A stretch of DNA of 64,000 bases from a bacterium (GTDB taxonomy: Bacteria > Patescibacteriota > JABMPQ01 > JBDRIV01): positions 113,671 through 177,670 of the forward strand of contig JBDRIV010000004.1 of NCBI GenBank assembly GCA_043815505.1. Reading direction: 5' to 3'. Below, piece by piece: positions 53,076 to 61,960 of this stretch. Made by a program: the position numbers and the translations under genes. Under the pieces are notes generated by a model. The model was not told the DNA's origin, ran no database searches, and saw nothing but the letters and a program-made list of their open reading frames with translations. How positions within the stretch are numbered: the stretch's first letter is position 1; each line of letters opens with the position of its first letter.

Positions 53076-53795
53076 TTACATAACCATTTTTTCATTAATA
53101 TGCTTTATGTATTTTTGCAAAGCATTTTTGATTGCCTTATCACTAACTGTATCGCGAATAGGATCAATTATTACTTCCGAAGCAATAGTTTTAACGGCCG
53201 TTGCTTGTTTACTTAAATCAGAATAATTTTCCATTAACAAAGTAGCATAACCCAATTGTTTTTTTCCCACCACCGCTTTAATGTGAATGACGTCCTGACA
53301 AGGATAATTGGCCACCACAATTATTTCCCTTTTTTCTTCGTCTTCAAATTTCATACCTTGATCAATGGCATAACGAAAAGAAGGATCGTGATCGTGTTGA
53401 GCAATTTCAAAAGCCAGTGTGTCCATACCAAAAAGAATTTCTTGTTGTTTGGTTATCTCATCAGCGCGAGTTGAACCGTGGGCCGAAGCATAAGGTTGCT
53501 TAAATTTTTGGGAGAATTCTTTTACTTCACGTTTAATTGCATCTTCATCGTTTTCTTTATCTTTACCATAAACAAAAATATAGCGACGTCGATTCATATC
53601 ATAATAAACAAAAGGGTTGAGATTTAGAACAAATGATTTCTTACAATGTGGGCAATCGGCCTGATTCATTCTTTCCAACACAATTTCTTTTTTTAAATCT
53701 GCGTCCATAGACACATTTACCGACGCATAGTAGTCGGTAAGAAATTTTTTTCCGCAATAAATGCATTCGACTTTTTCACCAAGGCGCCTAGTCAT
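53076..53795 (-). CDS. zinc-ribbon (CpXC-like) protein
   Basis: CIYCGKKF ... CPHCKKSF paired C-x2-C motifs at the N-terminus. Confidence 0.45.
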   Translation of the reverse strand: MTRRLGEKVECIYCGKKFLTDYYASVNVSMDADLKKEIVLERMNQADCPHCKKSFVLNLNPFVYYDMNRRRYIFVYGKDKENDEDAIKREVKEFSQKFKQPYASAHGSTRADEITKQQEILFGMDTLAFEIAQHDHDPSFRYAIDQGMKFEDEEKREIIVVANYPCQDVIHIKAVVGKKQLGYATLLMENYSDLSKQATAVKTIASEVIIDPIRDTVSDKAIKNALQKYIKHINEKMVM

Positions 53796-54774
53796 TTTTG
53801 TTATTTATGGTTGTAATCAAATTTTTAAAAGCAATCGATTCCTGCATCATACTGGTTGCATCTTCATTTAAATCCTGCAAATAGTTTATAATTTGTTTGT
53901 ATTCTTCTCTGTCCAATTCATTTTCTGATTCTTGTAATTCTTTGGCGCGAGCAATGACTTCTTGCATTAAATTTAAATGCTCCGACATTTTTTCAACAGC
54001 TTCATTAACTTTGTCTAAATCTGAACTTTCTTCATCCAATTCTTCAGAGATTGTCATGGCAGCAATATGCGTTTCCTGCATTTTTTCAATTAAATCTTCA
54101 CCTTGAGAAATTATAGTCTTGGCCTGTTCCTCATAAGTACCAGACATACTAGCTACAATTTCGGGATCTTTTTCCTCAATTGCCATTCGACTTTCTTCTG
54201 CATCAATGAAGGATGAATAATTATCAATTTCACTTGGCCAAGTATAAGAACTATTATAAAGATCTAAATTCTTTTGCGATATTTTATTGGTAGCAATTTT
54301 GGTTACTGACGATTCCTTGGTTTCTGTTTCTTTGTTATTTTCTTCTTCTTTGGGCATACTTGGGGTTGTGGTTTTTGTTTCCGGTTCTTTGACAATTTGA
54401 ACATCAGAATTATTAAATCTATAAACGGCAATGACAGCCACTATAAGAATTGCCAATACAGCTAAAACAGCTGTGTAGCGCCATAAATATCCAACCACAG
54501 AAACTTCTTCTTCAACCTTGCCTTCTTTTTTACTGACAAGAACAGCTTTAATTTCATTAACTTTAACCGGATTAATTTCTTTATCCGCTTCGTTTAACTG
54601 CCTAGCCAGTAGAGTTAATTCTCTTGTCTTTTTGTCCATCTTTAAACTGGATGGCTTTTCTCCTTTAGCCAAGCTTTCTAAATATTTATCTAAATTTTCT
54701 ACCTGTTTATTCTTCATTGCTTGTAAATTTATCTCTAACTTTTTGTAAGGCGCGGTATTGTCTAACTTTAACAT
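53788..54774 (-). CDS. membrane-anchored coiled-coil protein, candidate anti-sigma factor
   Basis: Single TM (LWRYTAVLAVLAILIVAVIAV); directly downstream of and overlapping the ECF sigma gene; start uncertain. Confidence 0.4.
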   Translation of the reverse strand: MLKLDNTAPYKKLEINLQAMKNKQVENLDKYLESLAKGEKPSSLKMDKKTRELTLLARQLNEADKEINPVKVNEIKAVLVSKKEGKVEEEVSVVGYLWRYTAVLAVLAILIVAVIAVYRFNNSDVQIVKEPETKTTTPSMPKEEENNKETETKESSVTKIATNKISQKNLDLYNSSYTWPSEIDNYSSFIDAEESRMAIEEKDPEIVASMSGTYEEQAKTIISQGEDLIEKMQETHIAAMTISEELDEESSDLDKVNEAVEKMSEHLNLMQEVIARAKELQESENELDREEYKQIINYLQDLNEDATSMMQESIAFKNLITTINNKND

Positions 54775-55276
54775 TATTAACAGTAATACTCATTTCTTCA
54801 GCAATTTCAGCTGTAGAATATCCTTTTAAAAACCTTAATTCTAGGACTTGTTTGTATTTGTCGGGAAGTATTTTTAATAACTTCTTCACTTTGGCCTCCT
54901 TCATATTTAACTCAGCCTCAATTTCTGCTTCATCTTCAAAATTTTTAGGATCTTCACCCGCACAGAATTCTAATAGCGGTAATGAACCTTTTTTATAATG
55001 CCAGCGCCAAGAATCCATTACGGTTACATAAGCGATGTGATATAACCAAGTTTTAAAAGACGACCGAAACTCAAATCTTTTAATTGATTTCATTACTTTA
55101 ATGAAAGTTTCCTGCAAAACATCTTCTGCTTCTTCGCGTGAACCTAAGCGAGAATATAAATAACGGTATAATTTCTCATAATGTAAATCAAATAAAACAG
55201 ACAGCGCATCGGTATCGCCAGATTGCGCTTTTTTTGCCAATTCTTCTTCTGATAAATTACTATCTTTCGTGTTCAT
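54707..55276 (-). CDS. ECF-type RNA polymerase sigma-70 factor
   Basis: Region 2 (LYRYLYSRLGSREEAEDVLQETFIKV) and region 4 HTH (GYSTAEIAEEMSITVNNVKVRQYRAL). Confidence 0.8.
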   Translation of the reverse strand: MNTKDSNLSEEELAKKAQSGDTDALSVLFDLHYEKLYRYLYSRLGSREEAEDVLQETFIKVMKSIKRFEFRSSFKTWLYHIAYVTVMDSWRWHYKKGSLPLLEFCAGEDPKNFEDEAEIEAELNMKEAKVKKLLKILPDKYKQVLELRFLKGYSTAEIAEEMSITVNNVKVRQYRALQKVRDKFTSNEE

Positions 55277-55345
55277 AAAGTAGTCGCTATCCTGTTACAA
55301 TATTGAAAATCTATTATAACATTTTGTTGTGAATTTCAAAAATGA

Positions 55346-55440
55346 CCAGCTCCAGTTTTTTTAGCATTAGAAATTGACAGATTTAACATATTATTTTGAT
55401 TTATCAATAATAACTGTTAGAAACTGAAAAAACTGGGGCT
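55346..55440. repeat. long-loop member of the CCAGCTCCAGTTTTT/AAAAACTGGGGCTG hairpin family
   Basis: Arms match the 38796, 48298 and 10731 copies; the loop shares TTGACAGATTT and TAATGCTA words with the 38.8 kb copy. Confidence 0.5.
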
Positions 55441-55576
55441 GATCATTTTTTAATATCACGATATTTTTTATCTTCTTTGCTCTCACTTCTTCTTTCATAG
55501 ATTTTCATAAACACCGCCCCTACAACTGCCAAAGCAATCAGAATTTCTATACCTAAAATTATGTATCCAAGTATCA

Positions 55577-55897
55577 TTATTTTTTAGCTAATTTTACAGC
55601 GGTACCATAAGCCAATAATTCTGCAGCTCCCTGGGTAATAGTTGAAGTTGTAAATCTAACATTTACTATGCCGTCGGCGCCTTTGCTTTTAGCATCTTCT
55701 AGCATACGATCGTAAGCTTGTTCGCGCGCTTCGGCCATAAGTTTGGTATATTCGTGAACTTCGCCACCAACAATGTTTTTAGCAAAAGCCATAATGTCGC
55801 GACCAACATTGCGAGCTCGAATGGTATTGCCACGTACAATTCCTAAGGATTCGGTTATAGTTTCTCCAACAATGGTTTCGGTGTTTGATACTTTCAT
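55577..55897 (-). CDS. YbjQ/UPF0145 family protein
   Basis: 106 aa; characteristic YbjQ-like sequence throughout. Confidence 0.7.
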   Translation of the reverse strand: MKVSNTETIVGETITESLGIVRGNTIRARNVGRDIMAFAKNIVGGEVHEYTKLMAEAREQAYDRMLEDAKSKGADGIVNVRFTTSTITQGAAELLAYGTAVKLAKK

Positions 55898-55910
55898 AGT
55901 TTTTTGTTAA

Positions 55911-57146
55911 TTATCCAAACATTAACATTTCGGGACGAAAGATTAGTAACAGTCCCACTATTAACATTATAATTCCACCAATCAAATTTGAAAAGCGCGC
56001 ATATTTGGTGTTCATGGTTACAGATTTTAGTGATGTCATAGCAATTCCAAAAACAATAATATCATCAAGCATGAAGAAGAAAATATATCCTAATAAATAT
56101 AAATAATATTGGAATGTTGAGAGATTAGACAAGGCCAATACTCCTGTAAATACTACCGGCAGACCAGCTGAACAAACAAGCTCTACCATATTTACAGCGG
56201 CTGCTAAAACAATTATGCCACCAATGGCCAACCAAAACTTTTTTTCTTGGGTAGCTTCTTTTAGTCGAGCAAAAGTTTTCTGACGCTTATCGCTGGCCGT
56301 CACTTTACAAGTGCCGTCTTTATTTTTTCTATATTCACGTAAATTAAATATTCCACCGCCCAAAGAAACTAAACCAATAACAAACCTTACCCAAAATACG
56401 AAACCGAGCAGAATTAACACATTTAGCCAAGCCGCCATAAAAATAAAATATACAGTACCGGAAGCAACAATAAAAGTAATTCCTAAAATCCACATACGCG
56501 TGCGATTCTTCATGCCTAGTAGCAAACTGATTAGGAACAATAGTACCCACATGGCGCAAGGATTGAAACCATCAATTAATCCTATAACAATTGTAAAAAC
56601 TGGCAAAGATAAAGACGAGGTATTAATTTCACCAAAAACTGGAATTTTAATTGATTCTGGGATAGCAGATTCGTCAGATTTTTTTATTTCTTCGGTGTTA
56701 CTTAACGTGGCGGTACTTTTAGCCTCGCTATCAGCTAAAACATCTGTACACTCATTTTCAGTACAATATTGAAACGCATTCTCTATTTGAACGCCAGTAA
56801 CTTTATCACTCAAATAGCCAACTATACCTTCCGAGCCAATTACCGTTAGAGGAACACCATTAACAGTTTTTCCTAATTTGTCAGCCACTTCTCGCATAAG
56901 AGCAGCGTTGTCAGTATCATACCAAACCTCGTAACGATCAATTTTCAAATTGTCATAGCGGTTTTCTAAATCAGCTAAAAAGACTTCTTCATCGGCACAA
57001 TGCGGACAACCGTCGCCATAGAAAAAATAAATGGTTACTTCATTGCTCTCGGCTTCTACTGAATGATTAAAAAATGTAAAACCACCCAAAATGAGAGCTA
57101 TAAAAAATAGTGTTGCTACACTAAATATTTTTAGTGAATTTTTCAT
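55911..57146 (-). CDS. thioredoxin-like domain fused to a CcdA/DsbD-type thiol-disulfide transporter
   Basis: GDGCPHCADEE CxxC motif; C-terminal multi-TM region with the conserved Cys FNPCAMW. Confidence 0.65.
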   Translation of the reverse strand: MKNSLKIFSVATLFFIALILGGFTFFNHSVEAESNEVTIYFFYGDGCPHCADEEVFLADLENRYDNLKIDRYEVWYDTDNAALMREVADKLGKTVNGVPLTVIGSEGIVGYLSDKVTGVQIENAFQYCTENECTDVLADSEAKSTATLSNTEEIKKSDESAIPESIKIPVFGEINTSSLSLPVFTIVIGLIDGFNPCAMWVLLFLISLLLGMKNRTRMWILGITFIVASGTVYFIFMAAWLNVLILLGFVFWVRFVIGLVSLGGGIFNLREYRKNKDGTCKVTASDKRQKTFARLKEATQEKKFWLAIGGIIVLAAAVNMVELVCSAGLPVVFTGVLALSNLSTFQYYLYLLGYIFFFMLDDIIVFGIAMTSLKSVTMNTKYARFSNLIGGIIMLIVGLLLIFRPEMLMFG

Positions 57147-57160
57147 TAGATTTTGATTTT

Positions 57161-57769
57161 CTAGATTTTTAATTCTTTAGCACTAGCTATAATATCATCT
57201 GGCACTCCGATGTCAATCACCTTGGCCCCAGGAATTTTGGCAAAACCCAAACAATAAATTTCGTCAGCATCAAAATCTGGTGCAGGAATATCAATTGCGA
57301 TTCTTGTGGTCGGCATTTTATTAAGTTTGTCAATAATGTTTTTCTTTTCTTCTGACAAATCACCTTTTAAACCTGAACCAACAATTCCTTCAATTACTAA
57401 ATCATAATCTCCTTTAATTGAATCGGCAGTGGCATTTTCGGTCAAAGATAGTTTGGAGGAATCATAATTCCAGTTGTTGCCTGTAATGAAGGACATAAAA
57501 ACAGAATTGTCATCAAGTAAATAAAGATGCACGTCGTTGTTAACAGCGAGAATTAAAGCTGCCAACATGCCATCTCCTCCATTGTTTCCGCTCCCGCAAA
57601 CAAAAGCGATTTTTTTACCGCTTCCATACGCGCTCGTAATTAAATCGGCAATACCTTGACCAGCTTTTGCCATCATGTCTTTAATCTGAATCCCTCTTTG
57701 TAAGGCATTGTCATCCATGAACTTTGTTTGAGCGCTAATTAATTTTCTTTGCTCAAAATCTATTTTCAT
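57161..57769 (-). CDS. NAD(P)H-hydrate epimerase (YjeF N-terminal domain)
   Basis: FVCGSGNNGGDG motif. Confidence 0.7.
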   Translation of the reverse strand: MKIDFEQRKLISAQTKFMDDNALQRGIQIKDMMAKAGQGIADLITSAYGSGKKIAFVCGSGNNGGDGMLAALILAVNNDVHLYLLDDNSVFMSFITGNNWNYDSSKLSLTENATADSIKGDYDLVIEGIVGSGLKGDLSEEKKNIIDKLNKMPTTRIAIDIPAPDFDADEIYCLGFAKIPGAKVIDIGVPDDIIASAKELKI

Positions 57770-57969
57770 GGTAAAAAGTTTAATTTATATAGGCGTTGCC
57801 AATGTTCACTACCACTACAAAACCCATAACAATCATAAATAAAACCAGCACTAAAATCCAGATGCTGGCGTGTTGATGACCGTCGTTAGATGATTTCTTT
57901 TTATCATCGGCCATAGTCATATGTTAATAATATGCTTTTATTATAAAACATTTAAGGAAGATTGTAAAA

Positions 57970-58896
57970 TTACTTTTTCACTTCAGCAAACAACCAATCT
58001 ACAAAGCGCTCTACAGCCGGTGCGGGACTGTGTGGAACAAGAGCTGGGCGCGTATTTACTTCAATAATATTATAACTTTTCATATTTTTAGGAATAATCA
58101 TGTCAATTCCCATGGTTGGTAGACCAAAAGCTCGCGAAATTTCCTCAGCAGTTTTTCTTAAAGTCTTCGGAAACTCGTTTGTAACATCAACCTTTTTTCC
58201 ACCGGTTGAAAGATTAGCTGTATCACGTACTCGAACAATTCTACCTTTTTGCAAAACAGAATCGAGCTTGCGTCCTTTTCTTTCTACAGCATGTTTTGTT
58301 GAACGATCCAAAGGAATTCTATATGGACAATCTCTATTTCTAAAATCTTCATTTCTTTTTTGAATCAACTCTTTGATTGTCTTTCTGCCGTCTCCTTTTA
58401 CTCTAGCTGGAATACGTTTTGCCGCAGCCACAAATTTATGTCCTATTACCAAGGCTCTGTAATCTGAGCCTCTAGCATATTCTTCAAGCAGAACTTTGTT
58501 TGAATATCTCATGGCTAAGCGGAAAGCGCTTGGATATTCTCTATTAGAAACTTTTATACTGATCCCCTCACCCTTTTGGCCATCAACTGGTTTAACAACT
58601 ATTTGCTTATACTTTTTTATAAACCATAAGCCATCTTTGTTTCTGCAAACACAAATTTGATCAGGAACTTTAAAATTTCTTTCTGCTAAGTACTCTCTAG
58701 TTAAATGTTTATCTCGACAAATTTTGGCAGTAGCACCCCCAGTAGCATCAGTAATAGAAGTCCAGAGTCTGATTTTTTTACCGTTAAAACTCATTTCAAA
58801 GATGCTGTATTCAGGATCAATTACTTTTATGCTAGCACCACGTCGCTCTGCTTCTTCTGCTACGCGCTTAGCATCTATATCCTTTAAATTGATCAT
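57970..58896 (-). CDS. ATP-grasp ligase (RimK/cyanophycin-synthetase-like)
   Basis: 308 aa; ATP-grasp pattern IVVKPVDGQKGEGI. Confidence 0.65.
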   Translation of the reverse strand: MINLKDIDAKRVAEEAERRGASIKVIDPEYSIFEMSFNGKKIRLWTSITDATGGATAKICRDKHLTREYLAERNFKVPDQICVCRNKDGLWFIKKYKQIVVKPVDGQKGEGISIKVSNREYPSAFRLAMRYSNKVLLEEYARGSDYRALVIGHKFVAAAKRIPARVKGDGRKTIKELIQKRNEDFRNRDCPYRIPLDRSTKHAVERKGRKLDSVLQKGRIVRVRDTANLSTGGKKVDVTNEFPKTLRKTAEEISRAFGLPTMGIDMIIPKNMKSYNIIEVNTRPALVPHSPAPAVERFVDWLFAEVKK

Positions 58897-59076
58897 AAAT
58901 TTAAACTAAAAAAACACTCAAACTAAAATGTTAGTAAGTGTTGTTATTAACTTGTGGCTTCTCTTTCTGGTAGTGGAAAGCATTAAGCCTATTTAATATG
59001 AGGTAATAATATCAATAAATAAAATTATTGCAAATATGAACAAAATAAAGCGAGGGCAAATTTCTGCACTCGCTAT

Positions 59077-59340
59077 TCAAAACGATTCCCACTGATTTTT
59101 TATGCTGGGTTTTTTAATGAGGATGCACCAGGGCGGAACACTTATAATTTTTGAACGCAGGAGACCATCGGTGGCAACATCTACATCTACAATGACCAGC
59201 AACTGGCTGATAGAGTTTACTTTGCCACTAAAAGTAATCAGCTCAAGTCCCTTCATCCCATCAATAGCATATAGAACGTCTACCTCTTGTTGGGGTTGAA
59301 TGATGTCGCCGCGCAAATTCATAAGTCGTGGAGATGCCAT
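59077..59340 (-). CDS. hypothetical small protein (87 aa)
   Basis: Strong SD (AAAGGAGG, 7-nt spacer); about 45% GC. Confidence 0.4.
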   Translation of the reverse strand: MASPRLMNLRGDIIQPQQEVDVLYAIDGMKGLELITFSGKVNSISQLLVIVDVDVATDGLLRSKIISVPPWCILIKKPSIKNQWESF

Positions 59341-59498
59341 AATTAACCTCCTTTAAAACGGTTTTAAATCAACAAGACCTTTTTTACCTCTATTTTTCGT
59401 TTTGTTTTTGTTTTAAAGAGATCTTTTATTTCTACTATTATTTTACTATTTTAGCTAATATTGAAAAGGTTTATTTGCATGATTTTGTCATACTATTT

Positions 59499-59526
59499 AA
59501 AAAATCCCGCATTGCGGGATTTTTTG
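59499..59526. terminator. bidirectional hairpin terminator
   Basis: AAAAATCCCGC-ATT-GCGGGATTTTT. Confidence 0.55.
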
Positions 59527-59547
59527 TCATACTTTTTCTTATCTTAT

Positions 59548-59862
59548 TTAGGCTAAAACCGCTAAAATTATTAGTGTAATTAATGTGATCAAAAATAGCC
59601 AGCCAATTGTGTATAACAAAAATTGCACGCCTTCTTTTTTCTGTCCTTCCATATATAAATAAACTGGACGGAAAACAACTAAAGAACCAGTAATGGCGGC
59701 CGAAACTGTGAAAATCATAACCATAATCATAAATCCCCAACTGTCATCTATTTTACCCATCACACTTTCCATCGAAAACATAATTTGTGCAATCAGAAAA
59801 ATGTATAGAGCAACGCCAAGAGCGTGCAATAAACTTTGTCCAGTGATTTTTTGAATTGTCAT
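59548..59862 (-). CDS. hypothetical membrane protein (104 aa)
   Basis: Three TM helices. Confidence 0.4.
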   Translation of the reverse strand: MTIQKITGQSLLHALGVALYIFLIAQIMFSMESVMGKIDDSWGFMIMVMIFTVSAAITGSLVVFRPVYLYMEGQKKEGVQFLLYTIGWLFLITLITLIILAVLA

Positions 59863-59875
59863 TGTATTTTGTTAA

Positions 59876-60733
59876 TTATGGTAAATGTAATGTTTCTCCG
59901 CGAGGAAAATGTTTATTTAAATCATCAATATCGATATCATCCAATTTCCATTCCAAAGCTCCTAAATTTTCTTGAAGATGATCAATGTTTGAAGTTTTTA
60001 CAAGAGTCACAATATTTGGTTTGCTTAACAACCAATTGATGGCTATTTGCGATGGCGGTTTTTGATATTTATCAGCCAACCTTCTTAAAATGTCATTATT
60101 TCCCGTTGCAAATACTCCTTTATCTAAAGGTCGGTAGGCAGTTACCAAAATATTATTCTTTTGACAATATTCTATGGTGCCATTTGTTTCGTAATCGCGT
60201 GCTGACAAGTTGTAATGTATTTGATTATTTACAATTTTATATTTCGTAAGAGAAGCTGCTTCTTCAACTAAAGGAACATCAAAATTACTCACCCCAATAT
60301 TCTTTGTTAATTCATGTTCCAACAAATAATCCATGGCCGGCATAGTTTTTTTCAGAGGCACATCCAAACTTGACCAATGAATTAAATATAAATCAACATG
60401 ATCTAGCCCGAGTCTTTTTAAGCTAGCTTTCATTGATCTCTTCAGATCAAAGGGTTTTAGATTTTCACCTTTTACTTTAGTTGTAATAAATAATTTCTCT
60501 CGCGGTACATCTTTTATCGCCTCGTGAACTAATTCTTCCGCGTGACCAGCCGCATAAACTTCGGCGGTATCAATATGAGTTACACCCAGTTCTATAGCTT
60601 TTTTAATAGCTTTAATGTCTTTAGTATCATCGTTGTTAGGATCCCTTTCTCTTTCTCCACCCATTTTCCATGTTCCTAAACCAAAAACTGGTAGGGAAAA
60701 TTCACCGGCGGTTTTTGTAGAAATACTATACAT
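59876..60733 (-). CDS. aldo/keto reductase
   Basis: 285 aa AKR-like sequence (DTAEVY..., IGVSNF). Confidence 0.8.
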   Translation of the reverse strand: MYSISTKTAGEFSLPVFGLGTWKMGGERERDPNNDDTKDIKAIKKAIELGVTHIDTAEVYAAGHAEELVHEAIKDVPREKLFITTKVKGENLKPFDLKRSMKASLKRLGLDHVDLYLIHWSSLDVPLKKTMPAMDYLLEHELTKNIGVSNFDVPLVEEAASLTKYKIVNNQIHYNLSARDYETNGTIEYCQKNNILVTAYRPLDKGVFATGNNDILRRLADKYQKPPSQIAINWLLSKPNIVTLVKTSNIDHLQENLGALEWKLDDIDIDDLNKHFPRGETLHLP

Positions 60734-61334
60734 ATTACTTGCTTAGAGTTTTATTATGTTAATTTTAACAACAAAAATGGTGATTGTAAATTATTTTGAG
60801 CATGAAAAAGCGGGCCCAGAAATTTTTGAGTCCGCTTGTGGAGTTTTTGCAATTACTATTTCGGAGCCATCGAAATAATGCAGATACCATGCTCTTGATT
60901 TAGAAACCATAATTAACCTCTAAAAATATTATCGATTTCAATGAGCGACGGTCAGTCACAATAGTGGATAACTTTGAAAACGGCCAAATCACAAAGATCG
61001 AATAAGGAAGTTCTATCACTGCCATCCAATCCGATGTTCGTTTCTATTTTGTGGCAGCTTCATACATCACAATCTCCTTTTTAATTTATAAAAATTTCCC
61101 ATAACCATTTTTTAACATATGGCCATATGAAGGTGAAAAAAATGTAAGCTACAAAAACAAAATTCAATCCGAGTACCAAAATTCTATCATACCGAATTTT
61201 AATTTTCCCCTTATTCATAGCAACCTCCCATTTTTTTTGTGAAAGTTCATCGAACGCAGAAAACTAATAAGTATATGTTATTGAGTGATTTTTGTCAACT
61301 CAAAAATGCTTACATAAATTATTTCATATTCTCA

Positions 61335-61410
61335 TGTTCTTAAGAATTTGAGAATGGGTTTTTTTAAGAATTTGTTAACATTCCAACATTCTTGAGAATG
61401 TTGGAATGTC
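61335..61410. repeat. 3'-end repeat family copy 2
   Basis: Same 24-mer and GTTCTTAAGAATTT word as 35561-35625; a near-palindromic 14-bp hairpin just beyond the 3' end of the HD-domain gene. Confidence 0.5.
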
Positions 61411-61956
61411 TTAGAAGCCGAGTTCTTGGGAAATTTCTTGCATGGCTTCAATTATCATCATAATATGCTCATTTTCATCCGCTCCCAGCTCTTCTATTCC
61501 TTGTTTGATTATACTGCGGTCAACTTTAGCAGCAAACCCTTTTTTCTTCAAATTCTTTTTTACAGATTTTGGTTTCATTCCCTCTAAATTTGTTGGTCGT
61601 ACATAAGCGCAAGCGGTAATAAAACCAGCTAATTCGTCCACGGCATACAAACATTTCGCCAGTTGCGATTCACGAGAAATTCCTGTTTCGTCGTTGTGTC
61701 CTTGAATTGCCTCAATTATTTCTGCATCATATCCTTTTTCTTCTAGAATCTTTTTTCCTTCCTGCGGATGATTATCGGGATATTTTTCATAATCAAAATC
61801 GTGCAACAAACCTGTAACAGCGTATTTGGCTTCATCTTCATTATACTTTTTAGCACACGCAATCATCGCTGCCTCAACCGCCAAAGCATGTTTAATCAAC
61901 GAATCAGAATTCGTATATTCTTTTAGCAATTTGTAGGCATCTTCGCGATTTGGCAT
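61411..61956 (-). CDS. HD-domain phosphohydrolase
   Basis: H...HD motif (HALAVE...LLHDFD). Confidence 0.7.
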   Translation of the reverse strand: MPNREDAYKLLKEYTNSDSLIKHALAVEAAMIACAKKYNEDEAKYAVTGLLHDFDYEKYPDNHPQEGKKILEEKGYDAEIIEAIQGHNDETGISRESQLAKCLYAVDELAGFITACAYVRPTNLEGMKPKSVKKNLKKKGFAAKVDRSIIKQGIEELGADENEHIMMIIEAMQEISQELGF

Positions 61957-61960
61957 TGAT

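Noticed and set aside
59337-60920. Shared 14-mer CCATAATTAACCTC at two minus-strand start sites (59337-59350 and 60907-60920)
   Set aside because: A single 14-mer pair is within chance expectation for a 64 kb AT-rich window. It is noted only as a similar SD and start context.
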